Notes: a model not told the origin generated them from the sequence alone. A stretch of DNA of 64,000 nt from Eledone cirrhosa (GCA_964016885.1 OZ024743.1:273234001-273298000), one strand, 5' to 3'. Shown: positions 1-14,255, counted from the stretch's first letter. Numbers and translations: made by a program.

Positions 1-1821
1 TGTCCTTTCTGCTCAAGAAGTGTGAGGGATATATCGTTGGCTCACAGAGGGACATAAATACGAACCTAACCCATAACTTCTTTGTGGACGATCTGAAACT
101 CTATGCCAAGAACACGGATGGGTTGAAGAAAAATCTTGACCTGGTTACAACGTTCTCAAAGGAAATAGGAATGGAGTTGGGCCAAGATAAATGCTCATAC
201 ATGACTGTTAAGCGGGGAAATACAACAACCCAATCTAGTAACATTGTCATCAATGGCCTAACTGTTTCACCTATATCTGATACCTGGGGATAGATGAGAA
301 CATATCCTATAATGGTATCTGTAATAAAGAACGCGTAACCAGGGAATACTACACCCGATTAAGGAAGATCTGGTCATCGGAACTCTCTGCGCAAAACAAA
401 ACAGTGGCTCACAATGAGTTTGCTGTGCCTGTCCTAACACCAACGTTTGGAATACTCAATTGGACGATAGACGACATCCGAGCATTTGATGATGGACTCG
501 AAAAATACTGAACAACACCGGAAACTTCCACATCAACAGTGACATAGACCGCCTTTACTTGAAACGTAAGCAGGGAGACAGAGGCCTAACATCAGTGCAG
601 ACAACATTTGAATGTCGCATCATATCTCGAAACTTAGGAGCCCGTTTCTCGAGCAAGTATATCTGCATGAAACAGATAAGATCATGAGAGTTGGGAAGGA
701 ACTCCTCGACAGATATTCCCCGTGTGATAATCAAAAACTCACACCCAGGGATGTCGCTCAGCAGTATCGCAGTGAATCCATGGATGAAAAACTGCTTGCT
801 TATCAGCAATAAATGATGCATGGATATGTTGCCAGGAAGCTCCAGAGTCAGAGTAATATAGACAAGGAAATTAGTCTATCTTGGACCAACAACCGCTATA
901 TTGGCTTCCACTTTGAAGGATACGCTTTTGCAATCCAGGAACAGGAGATTACCACGAAATACCTGATTCACAAAAGAGATAGGGATGCAGGCAAAACATC
1001 TAGATGTGATAACAAATGCAGAACTAACATCGAGGATATCACCCATGTCATCAACAGCTGTGCAAATATGTCATTGCGGTACTATCTACCTATAAGGCAT
1101 GATGCAGCGGCCAAAACACTGTACAATGCAGTTCGTAAAAAAGATAGCCCCGATAATAAACACATTAAAAGCTACAGCAATGTGGAAGACATCCATGTAT
1201 ATAATATGAAAGACTACTGGTGGAATGTTCGAGTATAAACCCCAATAAAATGCAGGCATAACAGACCCTGTATTATGAAATGGGACAGGGAGAAGAAAGC
1301 ATGCACAGTAGTGGAAATTAGCTGCCCAGCAGATGCCAATATAATATCAAAGATTAGTGAAAAGGAGAATATTTATGCAGAACTGATGATAAATCTGCAG
1401 ATACTCCACCCTGATTACACCTTCAGATTTATGACTGTGATTATTGGGGCACTGGCATATGTTAGTAACTGCCTCAATACAAATCTTGAGAAGCTAGGCT
1501 TCACAGGAACAGAAAGAACACAACTAGTTAGGAAATTACAAGTACAATCCATTAATGGAACAGTAAAGATATGTAAAACATTCCAAAAAGGTTGCATCTA
1601 ATAACTGCATATACACATGTACAGATGCAAAGCATATACACATGCACACATACAACTCAAGACATACACATCCTACACATACAATAACATCCATATCTAC
1701 ACATGCATGCATTCATATCTAGTTGATGTTGTGTAAATTCCAATGAGAGAGTCTTGTGTCTATGTTAGAAACCGACTCTCTCTCTATTTGTAAAACTTTG
1801 TGCAATTATAAAACCAGAAGA

Positions 1822-1825
<4 letters not shown>
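1..1825 (+). mobile_element. R4/Dong-like (RLE-type) non-LTR retrotransposon, 3' part, degraded
   Basis: Broken frames encode RT FVDDLKLY, thumb (FAVPVLTPTFGILNW; RLYLKRKQGDRGL), CCHC-like EDITHVINSC, RHD, and RLE region NRP..KWDREKKACTVVEISCP. The 3' UTR runs into (TA)n at ~1826. Confidence 0.88.
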
Positions 1826-1869
<44 letters not shown>

Positions 1870-1905
1870 TATACAATTATCAAGTTGAGTTCAAATCATT
1901 TAATA

Positions 1906-1950
1906 GCTGACACTCGTTTCTTCCAAACTCTCGTTTGGAATCATCGGAGC
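1906..1950 (-). ncRNA. Type I hammerhead ribozyme (U4C core variant or decayed)
   Basis: Minus strand reads GCT-CCGATGA-TTCCAAAC GAGA GTTTGGAA-GAAA-C GAGT G-TC-AGC. Stems I, II and III all pair. Confidence 0.75.
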
Positions 1951-2119
1951 ATTATCAATGTTTGCACATATAATTAACCTACTATTCAACTGAACAATAA
2001 TAAAGTTACATATGAATTGATGTTGTGAGCAACAGTTTCGTATTTACAGGGTGGAATGGATGTGACATATATTTTACGATAATTGTACTATAATTCTACA
2101 AACATTCAAGTTTAAATTC

Positions 2120-3189
2120 AAACTAAAATTAAAATGATACCATAGTGTCATGTTTGTGGACGCTACCCCTGGTGGGAAATTAGCTAACCAGTGTAGAAAG
2201 GCCCTGAGAAAGACCCACTTAAAAATAAAGGTGGTAGAAAAGCCAGGAACCACCATAAAATCCCTGATCGGCAAAACCTACCCTTTTAAGAAAACCCACT
2301 GTACCAATAGGAAATGTATCATATGTAAGGTGAACCCCCGGATAAACTGTAAAAATAGAAACGTAGTCTATAGCATCAGATGTACAGAGGGTACTTGCAG
2401 AAACATGACAACAAAATACATAGGTGAGACAGCTCGTAGCATAGGTGAAAGGATAGACCAACACTGGGGGGAACTAAAAGTACGAAAAAACGGTTCAGTA
2501 CTATACGAACATGCCAGACAACAACACGACGGTAACATAGAAAACATAGACATTAGAATAATATCTAAACATAGAAATGACAAATCAGAGAGGCCAGTGA
2601 AATAGAACTTAGCAGGCCAAGGCTAAACAGAAAGAATGAATGGAATAACAACAACACCCAAACAAACAACACTGACCTAAGAGAAGTATAAATAAATAAA
2701 TAGATAAATAAATAAATACATACACAAGCACAATAACAACAGACACATATAAACACACACTAGTAAAGATAGAATACATTAACCAATACACAGTCACCCA
2801 TCACGAACACACATCAAACAAAACACTATACACACACGCAAACGCATGCGCAAAGAAGACAAAATAAAATAAACAAATAAATAAATATATAAACAGAAAA
2901 ATAAAGATGGTGTAGAAAATACAATGCAACGGGAGGAAACAATAGCACCACTGACGATGTTGCAGATGTGCAACGAAAGAACTTTGATAAAATATATATA
3001 TGTGTTTGTGTCTATATCGTATCTGTATTATTTTTGACCGTTGGTCAGTCAATGGCAACATTGAGGACCGAATAAATTAGATTACCAATATAAAAGGCAC
3101 AGAAGCGAAAAGCGAAAACCAACCAAACTGTGAGCGTCTTCTGTTATTAATTCTGGCAATATTACACAAATATGACCCTCCCCAAGTAT

Positions 3190-3195
<6 letters not shown>
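2120..3195 (+). mobile_element. Penelope-like element 3' fragment (Cys linker + GIY-YIG endonuclease, 3' tail)
   Basis: ORF 2150-2605 has FVDATPGGKL, Cys-rich linker, NVVYSIRC..YIGETARSIGER..H. The tail contains an HHR and ends ATGACCCTCCCCAAGTATAACAA followed by (TA)n. Confidence 0.9.
2947..2988 (+). ncRNA. Minimal type I hammerhead ribozyme in PLE 3' tail
   Basis: ACCA-CTGACGA-T-GTTGCA GATG TGCAAC-GAAA-G AA C-TT-TGAT. A homolog with a covarying stem II lies at 29793-29835. Confidence 0.8.

Positions 3196-3267
<72 letters not shown>
3195..3267. repeat. (TA)n microsatellite, one of many in the window (e.g. 1826, 3614, 9193, 26130, 36398, 46108, 46918, 59186)
   Basis: Pure TA dinucleotide run. 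Confidence 0.98.
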
Positions 3268-3271
<4 letters not shown>

Positions 3272-3312
3272 AAAAACACAAGAGCGTCTACAACATCAGA
3301 AGATTTTTATTG

Positions 3313-3357
3313 GCTTACAATGTTTCTTCCTTACGTAACCGTAGTATTCGCCAGAGC
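3313..3357 (-). ncRNA. Decayed type I hammerhead ribozyme
   Basis: Minus strand reads GCT-CTGGCGA-(atac TACG gtta CGTA aggaa)-GAAA-C ATT G-TA-AGC. A6 is changed to G and stem II is partly broken. Confidence 0.6.
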
Positions 3358-3610
3358 TATAAAATGTGTTTGATTGGTGTTATGGACTCTACCAACCAAA
3401 CATTCAAGAACAAAGAGTAAAGAGAGTAAAGAGCAAAAGTCGGGGACGATAAGTCTAATTTTGGTGCGGGAGGGTGGGGTGTGAGTCCTTGTTTACTAGC
3501 TGCGGTCATATTCATTCCCGGGAGTTGGGTTTGTTAGCTGAACCATAGATGGGTGGCGTCGATAGTATGGTGCAGAGGGTGCGCAGAGGCTACACAAACA
3601 CAAAGGGCAT

Positions 3611-3719
<109 letters not shown>

Positions 3720-3903
3720 CGGAGGAGAAAGTACATGAGGTAATTAGAAATGGAAAAAGAGTAATAATAATAATCTATAATTAATAGTGTATAATAAGGC
3801 ATGGGGAAGATTACACTATAATAAGGTATAAAAGTAAGAATAAGGTAAAATATAAAGGAGGATAAAAGTGGAAATAATAGAGATTAAAAAATAATAATAA
3901 AAA

Positions 3904-3945
<42 letters not shown>

Positions 3946-6900
3946 TATTGATTCTATATTAGCAATTTGGCACTTTGGTTGGAAGATTTAGAACTCTGAC
4001 TTTATTTGAAGGAAATGCGGCACCTGTTTCTTAGAGAAGAAACGACTGCGTTGTGGTTATTTCTAGTTGAAGCATCATTTAGTAATGAAAGAGGCAAGTG
4101 GTGGCTGTCAGAAAACCCCTGCAGTCAGTTTTATATTCGTTTGCTTTATTAGAGCATTGAAACAGACAGGTAGAATATCCCGTATTCGTAACAAATGGCG
4201 CATAGTATGTTGTAATATCACAGTACAAACTATTTCATTGATGCAATATGAAATACATACTAAAGTCTATAGATATGGAATCGTAGATTTGCGTGCCTCT
4301 TTTATATTGTTGCTTAACTATAGTCCCACCGACTTCCGAAAGAGCAGACTTGTGAACAATTGACATCGCGTATTTTGGTATAACGAAGATTACTTAGTCT
4401 AATTAGCACTACCTTTTGCAAAGATATAAATCGAAGGAATTCTATATATATTGCTACACATCTAGCAACATACGCTCTTGATTTTTTAGTTTTAACCAAA
4501 GACAATATCAATAATTCGTCCCAATCGATAATACTGAATATTTAAAACAGGTGATACTAGTAATTTTAGAATTACATCTACTAACCCTGTTATTAGGAAC
4601 TGTTATTATGTCGTCTATAAATGTATTATTTCCTGCATAGTAATGAAGCCTTATTTATATCTTGCAGAATTGAGAGTAGAAGGCCGTAACAATAAATGAA
4701 AGCACTGTTGGGCACTGGATATTTAAATGTTTACTTCTGTTGTTAGGTACTAGAATATAAACTGTTTTAATAGTTAGTGTTGTTTCATTAAATTGATTTA
4801 TGATCTTTCCATTCAAATTCGTAAGAAAGCTATCTTCGAAATAATTGATATACAACAGAAGGGAAAGACTAAATATAGTGAATAATGTAATTTAACTGTA
4901 ATAACATTGCAATATTTATGGTGGAGAGAGTACTAGCTATAATTGAAGAGATCATTAACATTAAAGTTAATTAGTATTGCTCGCAATAATAACTTCGACA
5001 GATGTTATTCCAATCCGTATTCAATACTATTGTTTCCAATTTTAAAAGCTGTGCAACATAAAATATAACAATATTAGGGAGAACGCAGCAGATTAAGTGA
5101 CTGGTGAGTCGTTATGGTGACGCGTTTTCAATCTCTGAGTGAAGCCGTTTCAATTCCATTGGCTAACACTATCGAAAAAAGACACTAATAATCCATCATC
5201 ACATTTTTAATTTTGTTCAATTTGTCATGTCAGAAAATAAAGGAGAAAATGTTACAAGCTGATTATAGTGTCGGCCAATACAAAATTATTTCACTTACAC
5301 TATTATTTCCATGACATAGTCATCTAAGTCATATTCCTATTTACTCTCTACCACATTCTCGTGTTTTCTGTGTTTAGTCAAATAAGCTTTCATATAAAAA
5401 GTAAACAAATGGTATATGATTTGACCCTATGCTCTATCAAAATTATGCTGAAGTCAATTATGACTTTCCTTCTTTCTGGATCTAGAAAATAAAGAGTCCA
5501 GAGTGATCATGGAAGTGTTAGAACGTCAAACGAAAGAATTTGAAGTATTTGTACCGGTTCGCTGCATTCTGAGTTCAAACACCGGTAGCGCACTGTCAAT
5601 GTTAGATGTAATTCAACACAGGGTTTAGCTTCTTGGGTGCTTTAGGTCAATACATTTTGTGAACACTAAGATAAAGTGTCCAGTTTGAGAATATATTCGT
5701 CCCTTCCTCCTTCAGTTTCGGGGATTATGAAAAGTATGATGTGTGTGGCTCCACCCACTCTAATTAAACAGTAGAAAATGTGCTCTAAGAGCAAGAATTA
5801 TTGATTCTATTTCACCATATATCAGATAAGGAATTTAGATATAGTATAGATAGAAAAACATAAATTATATGCAATCTCACTATGGTAGAATAATCTGTTT
5901 ATCATTCAAGAAATATATTTAATTAACAGGTCACCTGGCTAATAATGCTTAAACTTTCAGCTTGAATTCATTTTATATCACCCTGAGGAAGAAATAAAAA
6001 TACAAAACATAGAACGTCGAAATTACATTTTGTTTTGAAATTAAAATTAATTATAAATTCATTTACGAAGCTTGAGGCTACTTCGAATTATTGCTGCAAT
6101 GTTTTATTACATAGCATGGCCGCTGAATATGATCTTTGTACTCATTACTAAAGTAACTGCACTGAAGATTATCGATCAATTACATTGAGACAAGAACTCC
6201 AGTTGTCATATGAGGAAATGAGACTTTTCGAAACTCATGAATTTCCCATTCTTATTCATATCTATTAACATTAGCTGGTTTAGTTAAATCGACTCCTTGT
6301 TATATACAATGTTCTTATAATACTAGACTATCTGACAGTACAAAAGCGAAAAAAACCTCTATTTTAAGGGATCCTCACTGAAATGCGATAGGTCAACAAC
6401 GATCAATGTTGAACTGGGAAATACCAACAACAGCAATGACAAATGTGGTTGTTTTATGATTAAATAAAATTACCATTTGTTAAAATGTAGATGAGAACCG
6501 AACCAGCCTGTAAGTCTTTACAAGCAGCTAGTAGTAACCTTATGTTAATTGATGTGATTAACAGGATTTAACCAATTGACATTCATTTCAAATGTTGAAA
6601 GTGTCTTACCTTTGCATATATTTCTAATTTTTCATTCGACACACTATTAATAATCGTTATCATCGTCATCATTTAGCAAAAGCAGCATCTACATCACTAT
6701 CATCAACATAATTCTTGACGTCCTACATTTTAGAGACTGAGCCGAAAAAATGTGAGACATATACAAACTTCAATATGTCTATATACGACACTGAAGAAAA
6801 AAAATTGAAATATCTCAATCATAAGTAAGCAAGACTTAGAATGCATTAAATTTCAAGGAATAAATTTGTAGATCTGTAGGGTTTCTGTAAGGTACTGCAT

Positions 6901-7629
6901 GCCCATTTGTTTATAGACACTAACGTAAATCTGAGGGAGATTCGGTCTAACACAAGCTGTGACAAAACTAGTTCTTTTAAAATACAAAACGTAATATAGA
7001 GTGATATAGATTGCCTTGCGCAAGGAAGCAGCATGCTTTGAGGAATAAAACTCACTACCGTAAGCCAAACACCTTGGCCACTAAATTACCCGCTTTCACA
7101 ACAGACACTCCTGTATGTTTAGACTTAAACAGTAAACATTTAAAGACATACCTTTACACGCTCTATTTGTATTAACAATTTTCACATTTTTTATGAGTTT
7201 CCGTTCCGAACCACATTTATTACTTTGTTTTAAAAACGAAAAGCGTTTCTATATCAGATTTTCTAATTGGCTACTTAAAATATTTATCTCAATTCCATAT
7301 CACACTCCCTAGTAATATTCGGATTATCATCAAATGGACATTTCTATTTCTTTGCGTGGAGTTAAATTGTTTTCTCTTGTATTTTCTTCCTTTGGTTCTA
7401 TAAAGTATTCAGAAATATTTGGTTGAGTATAGAAAAAACACAAAAAGGATCTTGTTCTAACCTTTTGTTTTCTTTACTAACAGTTCTTGTTCAACCAAAC
7501 GACATTTATATTCATTCAAGCCTAGAGAATTTATTTTGTTCTAATACCTCATGTTATTATTATCATCATCATATGTAGAGTTATGTCGAACAGCTCTTCT
7601 AGCTAGTAAAACGGATCAGGCTATCGAAT

Positions 7630-8150
7630 GAGTCCAAATGTAAGATCGCCCCATCGTCTTCTTTTGGCCCGAAAATGCAGACAGTCTTCCCCTGTCTGGT
7701 GGTGGTACTCAAAGTGGTTGTAAGGTGGCCCAGGTTGAAACGACTATAGATAGATACTTTTCTCTTCGGTCAATCTCTCATCAACTTTTGCAAGTTTCAC
7801 TTGGAAAGGAAGGTGAGGGTAGAGAGAGAAGTGCTGCTCACCAGTACATTTGCTAAAAGGTGGGTGAATGTGGTGAGAATGGTCGATGTGAATGCGCCTA
7901 CACTGAGCATGCACCCCAGTAGGCCGGTTAATTTGAAAGCGAAAGGGATTCACTTCCCTGGTGCCCTCGAAGCGTCGGGAGGCTAATGATTGATGGCCTA
8001 CCTGAGTCGACTCTGGGTTGTTATCTCCCTATTGGGGCTCTCTTTAGTTTGCATTTTTTTTGTTATTGTCATTTATATGTTTACTCGATTTTTTACCCGC
8101 CTATTGTATTGTCTCCTATATGGCGGTTTTGGTGGCCAATAAATAAAACA
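7630..8150 (+). mobile_element. L1/Tx1-like LINE 3' end fragment
   Basis: Encodes ..ERKVRVEREVLLTSTFAKRWVNVVRM.., homologous to 58218-58439 and 49500-49850. Ends GGCCAATAAA. Confidence 0.75.
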
Positions 8151-8154
8151 ATTA

Positions 8155-8750
8155 TTTGACGCATAGAGTTACAGCCCTTTCCATTCTGAGTTCAAATCCC
8201 GTCGAGGTCAACTTTGCCTTTCATCCTTACGGGATCAATAAAATAAAGTACCAGTAATGCACTGGTTAATTGCTGGCCTTGTGCCAAAAGTAGAAACAAT
8301 TATTATTATCATTACAATGATGGCAGTGGATTGACAGTATCGGTAGAGGGTCAGATGCCATGCTTTGACGCAAAGAGTTACGGCCCTTGTCATTCTGAGT
8401 TCAAATCCCGCCGAGGTTACATTTGCCATTCATCCTTACGGGGTCGATAAAATAAAGTACCAGTAATGCAGTGGGTAATTGCTGGCCTTGTGCAAAATGT
8501 AGAAACAATTATTATTATTATTATTATTATTATTATTGATTGGCAGTATCGATAGAGGATTGGACGCCATGCTTTGCAGTATAGATTTACGTCCCTATAC
8601 GCTGTGAGTTCAAATCTCACCGAGGTTACCTTTGCCTTTCATCGTTACCGGGTCGATAAAATAAAGTGCCAGTCACGCACTGGGGTCGATTTAATCAAAT
8701 CCCACCCGCTAAAAAGAATTGCTGGCTTTGTGCTTATATAAGAAACCATT
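8155..8750 (+). mobile_element. Three tandem copies of an abundant tRNA-derived SINE
   Basis: Each copy has box B-like GAGTTCAAATCCC, then GAGGTYAACTTTGCCTTTCATCC, GATAAAATAAAGTACCAG, GCTGGCCTTGTGCCAAAAGTAGAAAC and an (ATT)n tail. Confidence 0.9.
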
Positions 8751-9204
8751 ATTATTATCATTATTATGTTATGATTTCTGAGAACAAAAGACCTAAGAAA
8801 ACAGTTTCGGCACGGTCTTGGATGTTTAAAATACGCTATCAATAAAAGTAATATATCAATAAAATGCTTATAGAGTATTATTACTCGATGTACAAATTGT
8901 CTTTACAGGATTTCTGTCTCCCATATTCATTATTTCTTGCACCATCATCTATTTTTTTAAAATACGTCTTCCTTCGATCACAAACCTGATAATACATCAA
9001 TTTTTTGTGTCTTTATAATCAAAACCGTAATGTCATATGTGTATATATGTACGTATTTACAGTTTTGTTTTCGCATACATATACTTACGCATAGTTTCAA
9101 TATTTGCAAATGTATAGATACATAAACACAGAAAAATTGATCTCCAAGTAGATGTCTATATCTTTCCTCTCTTTTTCATTCCATCAAATATGCATATATA
9201 TATA

Positions 9205-9271
<67 letters not shown>

Positions 9272-9273
<2 letters not shown>

Positions 9274-9452
9274 CGAAGGAGTTGTGGTAAGGAACCAGAT
9301 GGGCCATAACGCATCAGAGTACTGTTTTAACCATCTACTTAGTCAAGGTATGTGAAGCATCATCTTACTTTATCTGATGAGGACGTACTGTTGAAGATAG
9401 CTCAGCACCTCTGAAATATGTAAAATAAAATATACTTGATCACACGAATGTC
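9272..9452. mobile_element. (TA)n-embedded cassette: minus-sense terminal motif of the 14538 family joined to a plus-strand HHR-like tail
   Basis: 9272-9322 matches 14538, 26200 and the reverse complement of 46890-46918. 9374-9422 reads CTGATGA..GAAA TATG TA with an imperfect stem I. Confidence 0.6.
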
Positions 9453-9719
9453 TATATATATATATATATATACATATATATACAAATTCAAAAACTAAAT
9501 ATATATGTATATATATATATATGCATATATATAATATATATATATGCATATATATAATATATATATATGCATATATATATATGCATATTTATATATGTAT
9601 GCATATATATATATATATATGCATATATATAAATATCGACAGTCGATCGACTTTAATAAAATCGAAACGAGGAAACAATGTTTCCACTGTTCTTTACAAT
9701 TGCTAATACTATCTATCTG

Positions 9720-9852
9720 TCCCAAATCCAGGTAGAAGGAGCAATGCGAAATAAAGTGTCTTGCTCAAGGACATAACGCATCGCCGATCAGTGAATTGAA
9801 CTCACAACCTCACGATTGCAAATCTAATTATTTAACCACTCAGCCATGCGCC
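9720..9852 (-). mobile_element. tRNA-derived SINE, second family
   Basis: Minus strand has GGCGCATGGCTGAGTGGTTAA (box A-like), GAGTTCAATTC (box B-like) and TCCTTGAGCAAGACACTTT. Confidence 0.75.
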
Positions 9853-9862
9853 TTTCTTTATT

Positions 9863-9911
<49 letters not shown>

Positions 9912-12364
9912 TCGCTAGTCATATATACTTGAATATCACGAGTATTTATTCATTTGTAATTTAACACAATTGCCACATATCCACTTAAGAACTTCCCCGA
10001 GTGAAATTTAAAATAATAACGATTCCCAATATATAACGAAAAAGAACAAAAAGGAAAAACTGTATAATATACCTTTTCTACATCCAATATTTTCGGTAAT
10101 AGTATAATAATTCGTAAATTAATTAGATTTTGGTAACATCGATAATAATAACTGCTGATTATATCTCATGATCTATATGATGTCTTAATATTAAACATAA
10201 TGGAAGAAAATAAAAACGAATGAAATTTTAGCAGACCCAATTGATAGATGAATAGGTGAGTATGAGTACACAGAAAGAAAAATTGGATTTCATTTTACAT
10301 TATGTTATTTGATATTATGTAAGAGCCATTAATTCCGTTCTAAATCTTTTTAAATGATGCAGTATGATAGTTTGATTATGTGTCATACAGTATAACCAGA
10401 AATTATTAGAGGCACACTCTGTATGAAATAGTTAGCATATATTAGATTAAGCTAATTATTGATCTAATCATCTTAAACATATGACCATCGTTTACTATAT
10501 ATATATATATATTATATATAGAGAGAGAATTAGTTCTACAACAAATTAGTAAACCCTACTTGATGTCGCGCGTTTCATCTAGCGGATTTTCAACCTGAGT
10601 GAAATAGTGGTGAGAAAGTTCTCACCACAATCTCACCCGGGTTGAAAGATAAAATATTGCCTTTTGAAAACAACATGAGTGTGCAAATGGATACTGGATT
10701 TTATTGCAATATCAAGCAAATCAGTTGACGCCGTTGAGGTTTCTAAGCTGTAAATGTATGAGACAACATGTCTTCAAAATATCTGTTTTGCGACCTACAT
10801 TGTACCATACAGGCACACTCAAAGTACTCACTAATTAGATCAATAAAGCAAAGAGTCGTCCAGGTAGACCACTAGTAACTTTAAACAGGGGTTTGCTTGT
10901 TCACGGTAAATTTCTTTACAGCAACGAAGTTAATATTTTATTTATATTAGACAAGTTAAAATATAAATTAATTAAAAGTAAATGTTCGTGTAATGTATTA
11001 TACAATACGTGATCTGTTTCTTAATTCAATCTTTTTGTTTGATTAATTTGATGTATCCAAATTAGATTATTATATTTAAAACATTATAATATTTATGCGG
11101 TTCTGTGTAGCATAATACAATTAAAAATATTTGCTTGTTTATAATGATTTCCTCGTGAACTTTGCAGACTAATTCATGGAGATGTCTCTGTGTTACAGGT
11201 TTAGATAAGGTTTCTAATTAAAGTGGACGCAACACGGTCGAATATTCGCTTGGTTATCATAGCTGCAAGTCGATGCAAGCTTCACGAATAAATGTGTGTG
11301 GAGGGCAACTGTTCAATTGGTAAATATCCATCGGTTAAACTTTAAATGTAAATGAAACGGCCAACTTTATCTCACCTTATTTCGCGCCGAATCCCTCTGA
11401 GATTTATATCACGAATACACTTTTCTATGGAATGCTAAGCAATTTAAATAGTAATTTAAAACAAGTAGTCCCTTTCCGTTGATTGAACAGCTGGAGTACT
11501 GAATGTTGAAATGATCAGAGCTCTATTTACTTATTTTCCATTGACTTTAAATAATAAATCAAGGCAACCCAACTTGTGTTAGTATAAAATGCCATATACT
11601 TTGTATAATAAAACTGATAGCTGCCCTTTCCACCAACTATAAAATGATAGGCAAGGGAAGATTATGTATTTACCTTTACCTTTACTAATGAAAATTTCGA
11701 AAGAGGTATATTTTGTATTCTGTGTGTGTATGTGTGTGTGTGTGTGGGAGGGGGGGGGGGTGTACTGCTTGGGTTTCTTTATTTACGTTGCGATTTACAT
11801 ATGTCAATGATTTACATATGTCAATATGATATTTAATATTCCTGATTATAGTAAATGTGCGGATATTAATAGTCACGTATAGAATAACATCTGCATGTTT
11901 ATCTTCATTCTTTGTGGAGAAATACAGAGTACCTGCAATGATATATGCAGTGTATGTGCATAGAGAAGATAATACAAGAGTATTTACTTTCTGCTAGGTT
12001 TTAAATATCTATTTAAATATTTGTCACACAGTTTGGGAACATTATCTCTCATCGCTATTTTTTCCAATGGTCTGACTAATCTCTTGTATACTGTATTTCT
12101 GACGGAGTGTAAGTGGCTCGATGCTCTTTGTCCGAACAGTGCGGAAGGTATTACCGATATTGAAGGTATATATAATTCCTCTGTCAGATCAACTTGTAGC
12201 ATTATTCCAAATTAAATAATTTCAACCAACTATTCAGTAAGCTGAGTAGACTCAGTTTTGACACTTTGCTGTCCATAATTGGAAAATTGCTAAGCTTGCA
12301 TTTTCCACTACACATTTCAGACTCTTCTTCTTCTTCTTCTTATTATTATTATTATTATTATTAT

Positions 12365-13230
12365 TTCGGTCAATACACATGATTCATGACCATAGGCAAG
12401 GGTTGGCACGAATACCGAATTTAAGAGAGCGAGTTTGGCTGTTACGCCTAGCCCCCTTCTTCTGGTAACCGAATGATGAAACTGGCGTATTACAGCACAA
12501 TTTCCTTCAATTCTTGCATTTATTTCAGCCTTGTGCATTCCATTACTCGTGATCGCGGCCACGAGTTATTTGTATTTCTCTACCTGCTAAAGTGAAACTC
12601 CATTCACATGTTGGATATGCTGCGCAGACTTCCTTGAGGGATTGATTTGTATACCAGCCATGTAGGACCCAGCATCAAACCTATCAAGTGCAAGTTGGAG
12701 ATCACTTTCTGTCAATTTAAGTAACATCATGTCGCCTGCAAATTCCAGCTGACAGATTCTACACCTGTCAGTGATAATACCACTTCCAACATGGCTGTGC
12801 TTGTCTGTCCTGTTCCTGTAAATAATGAACAGGAAAGGTGAGAGTAGGCACCCTTGGCTGATTCCGACTCCAACTTTGAATTGTTTCGATTTAGCACCAT
12901 TTATGACAGCTCAAGTGCTTAGGCATTCCTATAAAAACTGACTATCCATCCCATACACCGGCACAAACTTCGACAGCAGGTCCTGAAGAACGCGGTCATA
13001 TCCCTTTTCAAGTTTGACAAAACTAGAATCTACCTTTTGGCAACACCCCCACGATTCCGCGAAGACCTGCCGCAGGAAGAATATTTCGTCAGCTGTGCTG
13101 CGCCGGAGCGGAAACCGCACTGTTCTTCAGCTAGCTTGGATTCGACAATCTCCCTGCATCTCTTTGCTAGACTTTACCGAAGACGCTTGACAAGAAGATT
13201 CTTGTCTAATTGGAACAATCTCTCTTGAAT
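12365..13230 (-). mobile_element. RTE/CR1-like LINE RT fragment, degraded
   Basis: Minus frames encode DEIFFLRQV, FVKLEKGYDRV, GVGISQGCLLSPFLF, FAGD and AKLALLNSVFVPTLAYGHESCVLTE. Confidence 0.85.
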
Positions 13231-13658
13231 ACAGACTTAATAATGTTAAATCGACTTTGGAATTTCCATAACGTTTCTACGTTTCGGTATTTATTATTGT
13301 ATTGGCGGATTGCAGGAAATTATTATATATTTAATGTAATCATACACATTTAAAAAAAACTATGATTGCTTAAGATTCACTAATTCACCCATTTAATATC
13401 TGAGATTTAAGCGGCTACTTATTTGATCTAAATGGTACCACCGAACCTACAGAGACCACATCGATATTACGTAACTGACATGTCAATGATAATCATCCTT
13501 ATGTTCTTCTTGCAGTTTTCTTCTGAATTCCTCGTTTTACATCTTTCTAATAATATTCGTGTATTTATTGAATTGATAAAAAACCGTTAAGTCTATATGA
13601 TACAATATATAATAAATATATTGGTATGTTTACACTCACGCTTCGTTGATACATTTAA

Positions 13659-13711
<53 letters not shown>

Positions 13712-13714
13712 TAT

Positions 13715-14255
13715 ATACCACATAAGAAACGGAGAATAAGTGGTGCGACGAATAACATTTATTAGACATATTACAATCGTTTCTCTGGCGACCAGCTCGA
13801 CGTACTTTCGATGTAATGATCGAAACTGACTCTGAAATCGCAAGGTTCTCAGATACGTCTCGATTCTTCGAAGCAGAGTTTACAAATGTCCAGTTACACC
13901 CGCGGCCTTCACTGGCCAGCTGAAATCCTGTTCTTGTTTGTCGCTGAGTGTTCAAGAGTTGTACACGTCATCAGTATTTTTGGCCAATCATGGCCGTCAT
14001 TTATCTGGTTACTTTCATATGCCATCTGTCAATCAAAGTCGTTTCTTATATCGGAATTTCTACTGTAGGACGTGAGGGGTGGTATGATTCCCGGGATGGC
14101 TGCGAAGAATCGAGACGTATCTGAGGACTTTGCGATTTCAGAGTCCGGTTCGATTATTGCATCGATCGTGACTCGAGCTGGTCGCCAGAGAAATGATTGT
14201 AATATGTCTAATAAATGTTATTCGTCACACCACTGATTCTCTGTTTCTTATATGA
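13715..14255. repeat. ~155 bp inverted repeat (13715-13874 / 14099-14255) inside a (TA)n-flanked cassette
   Basis: The arms are reverse complements, e.g. GAATAACATTTATTAGACATATTACAATC / GATTGTAATATGTCTAATAAATGTTATTC. Confidence 0.9.

Noticed and set aside
11984-12215. Possible host exon (MLQVDLTEEL..)
   Set aside because: No recognisable domain and weak splice signals.
14115-14160. CTGAGGA plus hairpin as a hammerhead
   Set aside because: No GAAA or stem III in register, and the core is not kept in the other arm.
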